Shown here in pieces: positions 1 to 11,739 of a stretch of DNA of 64,000 bases. Each line of letters begins with the position of its first letter. Positions within the stretch are counted from its first letter, which is position 1. Location: the NCBI RefSeq assembly GCF_006345805.1, contig NC_043007.1, positions 48,856,001-48,920,000 on the forward strand. The letters run 5' to 3'. The position numbers and the translations under genes are program-made. Origin of the DNA: Octopus sinensis. Lineage: Eukaryota. Below the pieces are notes generated by a model, which saw nothing but the letters and a program-made list of their open reading frames with translations, did no database searches and had not been told where the DNA came from.

Positions 1-1109
1 TGTATATGTGTGGTATTCCATTTTATTAATGTATATCGTAAACAAATGAAATTCAACAAAAAGAATCAGTGCAATGTCTGTATGTAGTTTTGAACTCATA
101 ACCCTCATGTCCATACCTCTGTACAATGATGTTGGGAATAGAAACACTTACAGATCAGCTAACATTGCCTCAGTTTGGTCTTTTGTTCGCATTATTTTGT
201 CTGCTTTTTCTATAGCATCGAAAATTCTGAAAATATAATGGAGACTATTCTGGGAGGAAATTGAAAGAAGTAAAATAAAAAGCAGAATTTATGTCATGAA
301 AGAAATAAAATAAATGAAGGAAGAATTTATCTTGATAGAGGATATTATATTAAAGCAGTATTTTGATACTGAATTCTTCATAGGAATTAATACAATTTTT
401 CATAGGAATGAGCTGAGATCTTCAAAAGGACTTTTGACCTTTTAATTGCTTGATGAGGAGGCACTAATTTGTAACCATGGAAAAGTTTTTGTAAAGAGAA
501 CACTTCAGACTTGCCAGACTGGCAGAAGGCTTTTAAAGAAAATACTCAGAAGAAAACTGATGGCTGAGCCTCAACAGGGTTGTTTAATCAGTCAGAAATA
601 GTAGTCAAACTAGTGATCACATAAGATTTTAAATACTCATTTGAAGAGTACAAATGGCACTACAAAGCTACTTAATTTGCTGGAAATATCAACCTAATTC
701 CTGCAAATGACAACCTAAACTTTTAAAAATAGATTCATTAGATAATATAATCATAAATATACAAAAAGATTAGACGACTACAGCTGAACAGATTTGCATT
801 ATAGGTCTGCTCAGTCAGGGCTGACCTGGGGCTAAACAACATTATCAGCAACAACAATATCAACAACAATTACAGTTTCAAAATGTTAGTTTCTTTGTAA
901 AAGATAAATGGTATACAATCTCTTCTTGTTCTGTTGTAATACGTTCTCATTGAGGATGCTTTATAGATATGCTTTATGGACTCTGGACAGATGGAAGATA
1001 AAGTTGGCTTCAATAGGATTTGAACTCAAGGAAGTAAAGGATCATAACTAAATACTGTGTGGAATTTTGTCTGTCACTCAACTGATTCTGCCAATCCACC
1101 ACACTTAAT

Positions 1110-2192
1110 AATAATAGGAGCCTTCCACCCTAAGAGTGACACTGATAAGCTATACTTGTCTAGAAGAAAGGGTGGGGGAGGTTTGATCAGTTGCCAGGAT
1201 TGTATCAAAGCAGAGGAAAACAGCTTAGGGTGGTATGTAAAAAATGCTGTGGCACCATTGTTGAAATGTGCAAAGAAGGCTGGCATCATTAAAACTGAGA
1301 ATTGTGTAAACAAAAAGAAGTAAAGAGACCAAAAAAGAAACAGCTTGGAAGGAAAAGAATGTATCACCAGTTTGTAAGAGATACAAACTCCAAGACAGAT
1401 ACAGAAGACCAGTGGCTATGGATGAGGAGGAGTGACCTGAAGATAGAGACAGAAGCACTTATATGCACAGCACAAGAACAAGTGTTAAGGACTAACAATG
1501 TAAAGTGCAGAATTGACAACACTACCAACAGCAACAAATGCAGAATTGGTGGGAGGGGTGAAATGGTATGACACATTGTTAGTAAATGCCTGAAATTGGC
1601 ACAATGTGAATACAATAGATGATATGACAATGCAACAAGAATGATACATTGAGAGCTCTGTAGAAATCACAGCCTATGAAGAGCAAAGACGTAAGTATGA
1701 GCAAACCCAGAGGGAGTCACTTAGAATGAAAATTGCAAAATCCTGTGGGATGCAATGATTCAGTGTAATCATATGACCAGACATCATAAACCGTACATTG
1801 TCATAGTGAAAAAAAGGAAGAACATGCATGACAATAGACATAGCATGTCCTGGTGACAACAAGATCACAGAGAAAGAAGAACAAAAACTGAACAACTACG
1901 ATGATTTGAAGTGGTAAATAACAAGGTTGTGATCAATGAGGAGAGTAGACATGGTACCAATAGTAACTGGCACACTTAGAAGTATCAGCATTCAACTAAC
2001 AACATGGCTCAAAAAGATTGATACTAATGTAAAAGTAGAACACCTACAAAAATCAGAATTGCTTGGAACTGCATGAATTTTTCACAGGGTTCTTGAAGCA
2101 TGACCAGTTAACAAGTGTCACCTTAGTCTGCTGGCTATGGACAACTGACAATTTCCATCATACACAGCAAAATAAGCTGAGAGTTTTCATCA
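1110..2192 (+). mobile_element. R4/Dong-clade (REL endonuclease) non-LTR retrotransposon, 3' fragment
   Basis: GAFHPKSDTDKLYLSRRKGGGGL, ETEALICTAQEQVLRTN, CCHC knuckle remnant, KP(D)IVIV..IDIACPGD; flanked by (TAA)n. Confidence 0.88.
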
Positions 2193-2439
2193 AATAATAA
2201 TAATGATGATAATAATTTTGGTACAGGGCCAGTAGTTTTTGAAGGGAGTGGGGAGTCATTTACATTGACCCCAGTACCTGACTGGTACTTATTTTATCAA
2301 CCCCAAAAGAATGAAAGGCAACGTTGACCTCAGCAGAATTTGAACTCACAATGTAAAGATGAACAAAATGGTGCTAACAGTTCTGCCAGTTCACTGCTTC
2401 TTAAATAATAATAATAATATAATAATAATAATAATAATA

Positions 2440-3760
2440 AGGAAGGCTGGAAAGGGAGACAGAAAGTTTGTTAGTAGCTGCATAAGATCAAGCATTAAGG
2501 ACTAATTGCATAAAAGCCAAGATAGACAAAAACCAAGTAGATTCCCAATGTAGGCTATGCAAAACAAAACAGGAAAGCATTACTCATATAGTAAGTGAAT
2601 TCAGTATGCTGGCACAAAAAGGATACAAGAAAAAACATAACAACCTATGGAGAGTAATCTACTGGCAGTTATGTTAAAAGCTAGGATTTGAACATACTGA
2701 TAAATGGTATGAACATGAACCAAGTAAAGTACTAGAAAGTCATGGGACTTTAACATTCAGAGCAACAAAGTAATAGGAGCTGGAAGGCCTGATTTAGCAG
2801 TAGTAGATAAAGAGAATAGGAAGTGTTAGATAATTGACTTTACAGTCCCAAATGATCAAAAATGAAGGGTATAGAAAAATAGAAAAGTACCAGAACCTAT
2901 CCCAATAGCTATAGGTGCATTGGGAACTATCCCTAAAGATTGGAATAGATGGCAGTGCAGGACCAAGCTTTGGTCACGAACTGGAAGGTCAACCTGAGGA
3001 ATGAGTAAGTGTCTCCATTGTGCCGCATCTGCAATAGAGTGGATGAAACCATATCACAAATGAATGCCTTAGACTTGCTCAAAACCACTACAAGTTGTGG
3101 CGACATGACTAGGTAGCAAAAGTGCTATATTGGAAATTGTGAAAAAAGTTGGGGCTAGAGAGAGGCAAGACGTGGTATGAGCACAAACCGCAGAGAGTGA
3201 CAGAGTCGGAGACTAGCAAAATCGTCTGGGATTTTCCAATCCAAACAGATCAGGTGCTAAAGCATAACAGGCCGGACCTAGTGGTGGTGGACAAGATGCA
3301 CCACATATGCTATACAGTTGATGTTGCATGCCCCTTTGATCCATGAATAGTCAAGAAAGAAGGCGTAAAGATAAATAGATACAATCCCCTCAAGTACAAA
3401 ATAGCCCAGCCATGGAAAATGAAGGTGAAGATAGTGCCAATTATTGTTGGGTCCTTGGAAACAGTATCAGAAAGCATCAAGAGGAATATAAAGGAAATTG
3501 GAATAGAGTGTCCAGTAGAACTGTTACAAAAGGTTTGCCTCCTTGGTGGTGGTGGTGGTGGTGGTGATGATGATAATGATGAGGAGGAGGATGATGATGA
3601 TGACAACAATAATAATGAATGTAAAGATAGAACACCTATAAAAAGCATCATTGCTTCAAACTGTAAGAATACTCTGCAGGGTTCTTGAAGCATGATCAGT
3701 AAACAAGTGTCACCTTAGTGTATTTAGCTGTGGACAGCTGACACATCTGGTCAGTTTCCT
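2440..3760 (+). mobile_element. Further R4/Dong-clade 3' fragments (at least two, fused or nested)
   Basis: LEREtES..AA.DQALRTN, WYEHKPQRV, WDFPIQTD, HNRPDLVVVD, DVACPFD; the 3' UTR at 3675-3745 matches 2085-2150. Confidence 0.85.
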
Positions 3761-3944
3761 GCCATCTCACCACCATCTCGACACCCATCGCCCTGTCTGC
3801 CATTTATGTTGGGTATTTGTTATAGTTAAGTAAGAGAGTTGTGTGTAGACTTACGCGGATAATGAAATATCAGGAGTTATGTGAAATCTGGAAAGGAAAA
3901 ACAAAACATTTTTATAATATTATAAAAAGATTAGGTCCATTAAC

Positions 3945-4116
3945 GTCATCACTGTCATCCTCAACAACATCATCATCATACTCATCATCATCATACTCAT
4001 CAATATCATCATCAACATCATTATCATCCTCATCATCAACATCATCATCATCAACATCATCATCAACATCATCAACATCATCATTATCATCTTCATCATC
4101 ATTGTCATCACATCAT
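3945..4116. repeat. (CAT)n degenerate microsatellite
   Basis: Visible trinucleotide run; explains the poly-Ser and poly-Met ORFs. Confidence 0.9.
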
Positions 4117-4673
4117 CTTTATGTAACTGACACTACTCTACTATGTGGATAGCTATATTCACAAGTTCTTGAGGTGTCAGTTCATTGTTTGAGCACTTGA
4201 TTCACCATCCTCTAACTCATCCCACTTCTATTCTGTAGCTGATTACAATCAGTGTTAACAATGCAGTCTACTTAGCAGGTGGGAGGTGCTGTAGTTTAGA
4301 AGTAAAACTCCATCATCTACTACTGACCCAGTGACAGGGCTGGCCTTAGGAAGTATGGGGCCCAATTGGGAACAATTTTGGTGGGCCCCAGGTTCCTAGT
4401 TAACTTGCACCAAGGTCTATACAATCATAAAAATATAAAAATGCCTATTATGCCAAACCACACAGGTGCCAGACGTAGCCCTTGGCTTGTTAGCCCCTGT
4501 CATACCATCTAACACACATATATATAGAATAGACTTTATTGAAATAATAAAATTTTCCCAAAAGTAAACATGTACAAACATATATATATTTCAATATATG
4601 TATATATATATATATATATGGCAAATGAAAGACAGAAGATAGAATATACAAGAATTTATTATTATATTATTAT

Positions 4674-4725
<52 letters not shown>

Positions 4726-5048
4726 GTATATATATTAATTATATTCATTTTTATGTTTTGGTTTATGTTTTTCACTGTTTGATTTGCATAATAGTGGTTT
4801 TATCTCTAATTTAATTTATATTATTTAAATCTCAGAATGAGATTGAAACAGTAATCGCTCGATAATGTAAAGTATAGAAGCCATCTTATCATGGCTAACC
4901 ACATTGGGGAGGGGGTGTTACTGTAGCTTTATAGCCCCAAGAGATCTTCGTCTCTAGCTGGCTGTGTCCTTGGAGTATTTGCAAAGGGAGGCCATCCCTT
5001 CCTCGCAAGCCTATATATATATATATATATATATAAAATACACTTTAT

Positions 5049-5408
5049 TGAAATAAAAAACAATTGCAGCGTGGAAGGTGTTTATAAGCCATTTAAGAAA
5101 CACACAAAAACTGTTAGATTCACTTCAACATTTAAATTTAATTTGTCAAAATATTTTTGTCAATTTGAGTCCACGACCTGTTCACTGACAAAATTCCATG
5201 CTGCACAGAATTTTGCCAGTGAACAGGTCACGGTCTCAAAGCAACGAAAATATTCTGACAAAAATAAATTTAAATGTTGAAGTGAATCTAATAGATTTTG
5301 TGTGTTTCTTAAATGTCTTATAAACACCTTCCATGCTGTAATTGTTTTCGTTCCAGCACACGATCTCAGATCAGGTCACTTGTTATGTAAGTACATCTCC
5401 GTAATTCT
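5049..5408 (+). mobile_element. Fold-back Penelope-like pLTR element
   Basis: Inverted arms ~5050-5196 and ~5208-5355, a unique tail, and a flanking GAAATAAAAAA direct repeat at 5050 and 5409. Confidence 0.6.
5211..5263 (+). ncRNA. Hammerhead-like motif with swapped G3/C8 core (mirror copy 5142-5193, - strand)
   Basis: TTTTG(C/T)CA-GTGAACA-GGTC..AC-GAAA-ATAT-TC-TGACAAAA; palindromic stem III AATATT. Confidence 0.6.
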
Positions 5409-6311
5409 GAAATAAAAAAGTTTCTCCAAAATTAAACATATTTATAGAAACTGACACACACAAACATATGCACACATACATACATACAATTCACCCACAC
5501 ACATACTCTCACAGACACACAAATACTTTACCCAAACATCACCATAAACACTCCCAAACATTCGTATACAAACAGACATATTGACCCTTACACTAAAAAT
5601 GCAATAAATTTCTTCAAATTCAGTGGCTGACCCAAGCAGTTTTGGATGAATGGATTTATCTTTTGATATCTTGTGTAGAAAGTTTTTTTTTTCTTTTCTT
5701 TTTTTTTTTGAAAGACCTTGTAGATTATTTTAAAAGACTTCAGAGAGACCACCTTTATGAAATGCTGCAGTATAGAATGTGTCCTCTTGAGTGCGCCCTC
5801 CCCCTTCGTCACAGGGCTCAATTGGGAGCAATTGGTTCAAATGGCTTAATGTCAGCCCTGCCTAGTGGTACCTAAAACACACATACACATACACATCTAC
5901 TCATTATACTCACAATTCACAACATGGCATCTACCACACTTATACATATATCCAATATCTACCCCTGCTGCACCCACAATTTACCATGCAAAGTTACACC
6001 CATCACACAATTGTCAACACAACACAATGTCTACCCCAGAAATAAATACCCAGTTGCCCACTATAGAATACATTTACCCAGATTGCACCCTGTGTTTATA
6101 CAAAAGTATAAAGAATGATGGCTTATATATCTTGTCCAATTGACTGTGAAGACTATTTCTCATACAGGAACAGCATCACAGGCTTTCGGTAATAACATGG
6201 TGATTAAATCGACTCCACTGCATGATTGTTATTCTATGTTTATCGATCAGGAATGATGAATCAAAATTTAAAATAAACATATTGATGGAATGAAAAAAAT
6301 TTAGCACTCAG

Positions 6312-6384
6312 AGGTTCTGGCGAGGTTCGAACTCGCGACATTCTGCGTGTAAAGCAGACGTGATAACCACTACACCACAGAACC
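6312..6384 (-). tRNA. tRNA-Val (anticodon TAC)
   Basis: Reverse complement GGTTCTGTGGTGTAGTGGTTATCACGTCTGCTTTACACGCAGAATGTCGCGAGTTCGAACCTCGCCAGAACCT. 7-bp acceptor stem, A and B boxes, T7 Pol III terminator ~12 nt downstream. Confidence 0.93.
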
Positions 6385-6794
6385 TCACCAAATGGATTAG
6401 TTTATTTATTATATTAATAAAGCAACTTACCTTTTAAATTCCAGATTACAAGTGTCAATGTTTAAATTCCATTTTCCTTGGTTGAGAAGTTTCTGATTAT
6501 TTTTACACAGAAGAAATGAAAAGAGAAAATATAACGTATTAGAAGAGAGCCTATACTTTTACCTGACAGTAATTAATGATTACTGTATTGTAGGCTGTCA
6601 TTGATAACCACATATCTTAAATTTAAATAATATTAAATTATGTCCTATTAATGACAAATCAACAACAGACGTTAGTAAAGAAACAACTCGTTATATATTG
6701 TTGAGTAAAATAAATGAAGAAAAAGTGAGAGCGAGAAAGAGGGAGAGGAAGAATATGTATGTGTGTGAGAGAGAGAGAAAGAGAAATAGAGTGC

Positions 6795-6848
<54 letters not shown>

Positions 6849-7408
6849 GAGAAAAGATTTAGCAAAATCATCACATTGCCTTTGGATTCTCTAGATTTTA
6901 ATCCCTCAGACGATATACCAGAAAACAAACAAACAAGAGTGCCTTTAGTGTACTATTCGACGTGCTAGGAAAAGCAGCCAAATCTCTTTTAAATTACATC
7001 CTACCGTCTCAAAGAAAGATGGACATCTAAGATTATTTCTTCTATAAATTACTATGACAATTCTTTGGATAAATGCGTCTACTTTCACTTTCTTAATCTA
7101 CAGCTTGAATCATTATCTTTGACGGTTGGCAGGTAACCTTTGCCTAAGTGATTGCACGCAAACGCATACGAATATAATTGTTGTTGTTTTATTATTTTTA
7201 TCATGATATAAAAATAATTTAGAAGACAAAGACAAAATGTACCACCACCAACACTTCCAAAAACAAAAATCCGAAATATAATACAAGCGTAAAAAGTAAA
7301 CAACACAAAAGAATCGGTTTGTTTTTGTTGTAAATTAGAAATACGAGTATCTTTGCTTTGACAACAGTCCCTAGCTCAAGTTACTTTTTTTTTATATATC
7401 GTCCTATA

Positions 7409-7459
<51 letters not shown>

Positions 7460-7497
7460 GTAGGTACGTATGTATATATATCTGTATGCATGCATAA

Positions 7498-7528
<31 letters not shown>

Positions 7529-8024
7529 TACATACATACATACATATTTTTGATGAAAACCAGCTCCCTCCTCAGTGGAAGATTTATAAAGATTAAAAAC
7601 ATTTAAGTGACATACATACACGCATACATTCGCATGTATGTATGTCTGCTTCGTTGTTTCTTATTTCCCTAGGAGCTGGGGTTTCCCTATTTTCTCTTTT
7701 GAGTGATTTTGTTTTTATTAATGTATTTTCTCAATAATGTTAATGGCAATCTTTCGTTTGTAGTAGCACGTTTCCGTCGATTTCCGTAAAAAACTTTTAT
7801 TTTTTTACATATGGCCTTGCGGGAACATTTGAAGTAATGAGAGCGAAAGAGACTAAGAGGAAGCGATTTTATGACGGGGGAATTTCTTTTGAAGTTATCA
7901 AAGCATTGATGTACATGTGTGTGTGTGTGTGTGTGTTTGATGGGGTGTGGGAGACAGACAGTATGTTGTGTAAGTGAAGTGCTTCTGTTAGTGTGTGTGA
8001 AGAGACAGAGAGAGTAATGTGTGA

Positions 8025-8400
8025 AAGAGAGAGATAACTGAAATTTTTTACTTGGTGTATGTGTAGATACATACATAGATACATACACACACACATACAT
8101 GCAGACATACATATACACATACACCGAGTAAAAAATTACACTGAATCGGTCATACATACATACACATACACATACATAGATACATACACACATACATACA
8201 TACATACATTCAGACATACATATACACATACACCGAGTAAAAAATTACACTGAATCGGCCATACATACATACATACACACACACATACATAGATACATAC
8301 ACACATACATTCACACACACATACATAGATACATACACACACACACATACATACATATACACATACACCGAGTAAAAAATTTCAGTTATCTCTCTCTTCC
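8025..8400. repeat. Tandem ~110-130-bp units with CACCGAGTAAAAAA termini, flanked by an inverted repeat
   Basis: CACCGAGTAAAAAATT at ~8122, 8231 and 8366; reverse-complement copy at 8027-8057. Confidence 0.6.
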
Positions 8401-9116
8401 ACACATTAGAAATTTTTACTACCAATGGCCTAGCGTGTAGAAAATTAGTCAATAGACTATATATCCTTCATATAAATACAGTGTACATTTAAATACATTA
8501 GAGGTATCTTGTGATGGTTACTTCTTAACCTCTTATGTGTTTAAATGTACACTGTATATATATATATATCATCAACATTTAACATCCGTTTTCCATGCTG
8601 GTATGAGTTAAACAGCTTGAAAGGAATTGGCAAGGCCAAGGGCCGCACCAGGTTCCATAGTTTGTCTTTGGCTTGGCCTCTATGGCTGGATGCCTTTCCT
8701 GACACTACTTTATAATGTACTGGGTGCTTTTTGCACGGTACCATCAACAGAAATTTTTACGTGACACCTTGGTTTTAGACCCTGTGTGTGCACGTATGTA
8801 GTGGGTTTATGTCTCCATAACTTAGCGGCTCAGCAAAAGACACCAATAGAATAAGTACCAGCCTTAACAAAAAATAGTACTAAAAATTCTTCAGGGAGTA
8901 CCCCAGCATGGCTGCTGTCTAATGACTGAAAGAAGTAAAAGATAAAAGATATATATATATATATACACATACATATATATATGAGAGAGTCGTCTAAGAG
9001 TCCATAAGTTAGGGAAATACACACACACGTACACACATACACATATATATATACAGGGAAAAGGAGAAAATGGAGAGTTTGAAGATAAGAGTTTATCAGT
9101 AACAAATTGATCATTA

Positions 9117-9200
9117 TCCCTTAACAGCTGTTTCAATTATACACGGTGAAATTAATTAAATATTGAATTCATATTTCTGAGCATAATCTCTTCAGAGGGA
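9117..9200 (-). ncRNA. Type-I hammerhead motif with long stem II (mirror copy 9300-9626 is interrupted by a SINE)
   Basis: TCCCT-CTGAAGA-GATTATGC...GTATAATT-GAAA-CAGCTG-T(T)A-AGGGA; palindromic stem III ACAGCTGT. Confidence 0.7.
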
Positions 9201-9318
9201 AAAAATATACCCTTAGATGTTATGTATGTTTGCTTGTAGATTCATCACAGCAGACATGAATCTACAAACAAACACACATAACATCTAAGGGTATATTTTT
9301 CCCCACTGAAGAGATTAT

Positions 9319-9557
9319 TTTTTTTTTTTTTTTTTTTTTTTTACTTGTTTCAGTCATTTGACTGCGGCCATGCTGGAGCACCGCCTTTAGAGTGGCGAAA
9401 GAGTACAGCAGGGATCACCACCATCTCCTGCCGGAGCCTCGTGGAGCTTTTAGGTGTTTTTCGCTCAATAAACACACACAACGCCCGGTCTGGGAATCGA
9501 AACCGCGATCCTCCGACCGCAAGTCCGCTGCCCTAACCACTGGGCCATTGCGCCTCC
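9319..9557 (-). mobile_element. Young tRNA-derived SINE
   Basis: Head GGAGGCGCAATGGCCCAGTGGTTAGG...GGTTTCGATTCC, tail CCAGCATGGCCGCAGTCAAATGACTGAAACAAG + poly(A), TTAT TSD. Confidence 0.88.
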
Positions 9558-10827
9558 TTATGCTCAGAAAAATGAATTTAATATTTAATTCATTTCACTA
9601 AGTATAACTGAAACAGCTGTAAGGGATAATGATCAATTTGTTGCTAGTAATAAACTCTTATTGATTCAAATCTCCATTTTCTTTTGCATGAATATAAACT
9701 ACAGTTTATATAGAAACCCCTATTATTTTAAGGAAATCCATTCCCCACAAAATATTAGGTATTGAACCAATATTTCCTTGGATGACACCATCCCTTCATG
9801 AGATTAACATAATCTCTAACTAAATTCTATATATATATCTTCTATCTGAAACAAGTAAAAGATAGATATATTTGCGTGTCTGATAAAACACGTAAGTGCT
9901 AATACTTGTAGTTTTAATTAGCTTTAAACATAGCAAGGTCTTTAATAGTTAATTACAAGTACTTTTATTAGTTCCTATTTAATAAATTAATGTGTATACT
10001 GGTAATTTAATATTATAGCTTGTAGTGGTGATATATTCATGAGTATGTAGTGTTTTTTATTAACTTTTGAATGATGAAATAATGTATTTCACTCATAATT
10101 ATTATATTATTTGTTAAATTAATTTCAATCTTTTTTGTTTTGGAGAGATTTATATAAAGCTTTAACTTTTATTATAGTAGTAAAATTATGGAAGACTGGT
10201 GGGATTATTATTTATATGGACTTAAAGATTGATTGCTATTTAGTTATTGTAGGTTTATATTGAAAACCAATACAATGTACTTTGTTTCATATGTTTCTTT
10301 GTTGTAGTTTTATTAAAGTTAGTGTTTAATCCTGCCTATAAATTGATTGATTGAATGAAAGTGGTCGTTAAGCTTTCACTGTTATATTATGCTATGGAAA
10401 ACGGTAGGGATTATCACTTTTTGTATGACTTAATGGATTAGTCACTTTAGTTATGTATATAGGAGTTTGTTGTAATCTACTTATTGAATTTATTTACCGA
10501 TACGGTTTTACATAGGGTAAATGTGTTTGGAAGTTGTGGTTTTTTGGGTTTGTTTTTTCCCAAACAACACTTATTTTAATGCTGTTGACACTGCCGAATT
10601 GAATGGTACTGCCCAGGTGTCGAAACCAAAATGATATCCATGGGGCAGCTGATGATGGAGGTATGTTGGATTGCTAGTATGGCTGTTTTTGTATATGTGG
10701 AATAGTATTATAACACATCCTTTTGATATACATATATATATATATATGCTTCAACACACGAACTCACATAAAGAATCTTGCAGACCAAATCCCAAAACAA
10801 AGAAGTATATATATATATATTTATAGA

Positions 10828-11158
10828 AATTTATCTGTAAATGTAATATGTGACAATTATTCGGTAGCCAAGATAAAACTCTGAGTTTCGGATGCCGAGA
10901 TGGAAATCCACACCACCATCTCTTCAGTTATCCGGCCATCGAAAAAATGCTATCGTTTTTCCGGAAAACGCCATCGTTTTTCCGATGGCCGGGTAACTGA
11001 AGAGATGGTGGTGTGGATTTCCATCTCGGCATCCGAAACTCAGAGTTTTATCTTGGCTACCGAATAATTGTCACATATTACATTTACAGATAAATTCCTC
11101 TATTTACATAATATTGATGTCTCTTTCTTTCTTTTGTTATCTTACCGTTTTTACCAAT
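10828..11158 (+). mobile_element. Short fold-back Penelope-like pLTR element
   Basis: Near-perfect inverted arms 10828-~10947 and ~10976-11096, a unique 3' tail to 11158, (TA)n flanks and a hammerhead in each arm. Confidence 0.7.
10988..11057 (+). ncRNA. Type-I hammerhead ribozyme motif (intact mirror copy at 10867-10936, - strand)
   Basis: GCCGGGTAA-CTGAAGA-GATG...CATCC-GAAA-CTCAGAG-TT-TTATCTTGGC, with near-palindromic stem III ACTCAGAGT. Confidence 0.7.
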
Positions 11159-11179
11159 ATATATATATATAATATATAT

Positions 11180-11216
<37 letters not shown>

Positions 11217-11739
11217 TGTAGTGTCTCGGGAGAGTCATTCTGTTTTAATGCCTTATTAATTAATAGACTCACTGGATCAATATCTAGTAATTTAAATATT
11301 TAATTTTTTTTCTAAAATTTTTGTTACTTCTTGCAACCTCTTCAATAGTTGTTAGTGGCTCAGCAAAAGACACCGATAAAATAAGTACCAGGCTTAACAA
11401 AAAATAAGTACTTTTATCTTTTGTTTCAGTCATTAGACAGTGGCCATGCTGGGGCGCCACCTTGAAGAATGTTTAGTCCAATGATCGACCCCAGTGTATG
11501 AGTGTGTGTGTGAGTGAGTGTGTGCGTGTGTGTGTGTATTATCTAGGCATGGTAAAATCGAAGCTTTGTCCTCTTGAAGCACATCTGCTTATTCCAGTAT
11601 TACAATCCAATGTGCCTAAATTGCATAACTTTCTCTTCTCCTTTCTTTGATTTGTTCTCTTTCTTCCCCTCAACTATCCTTACGACTCTTGATTACACAC
11701 TAAATATAAATGATATATATATATATATATATATATATA

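Larger units (their letters stand above)
4335..5860. mobile_element. Non-autonomous hAT-type element containing nested insertions
   Basis: TIRs CAGGGCTGGCCTTAGG / CTTAATGTCAGCCCTG; 8-bp TSD CCCAGTGA / CCTAGTGG (6/8). Confidence 0.6.
9058..9690. mobile_element. Fold-back Penelope-like pLTR element with nested SINE
   Basis: Inverted arms centred at ~9250 with a hammerhead in each arm. Confidence 0.65.

Noticed and set aside
3841-4152. Ser-rich and Met-rich ORFs
   Set aside because: (CAT)n microsatellite.
9319-9557. tRNA-like sequence
   Set aside because: SINE head: followed by SINE body, poly(A) and TSD, with no proper acceptor stem.
9735-9812. Hammerhead-like hairpins on the - strand (GGATG-GTGT-CATCC..GAAA-TATTGG..CTAATAT)
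   Set aside because: No credible CUGANGA core with a closing stem I.
10610-10660. GAAAC...CTGATGA on the + strand
   Set aside because: No UH cleavage site or compatible stems; a chance match.
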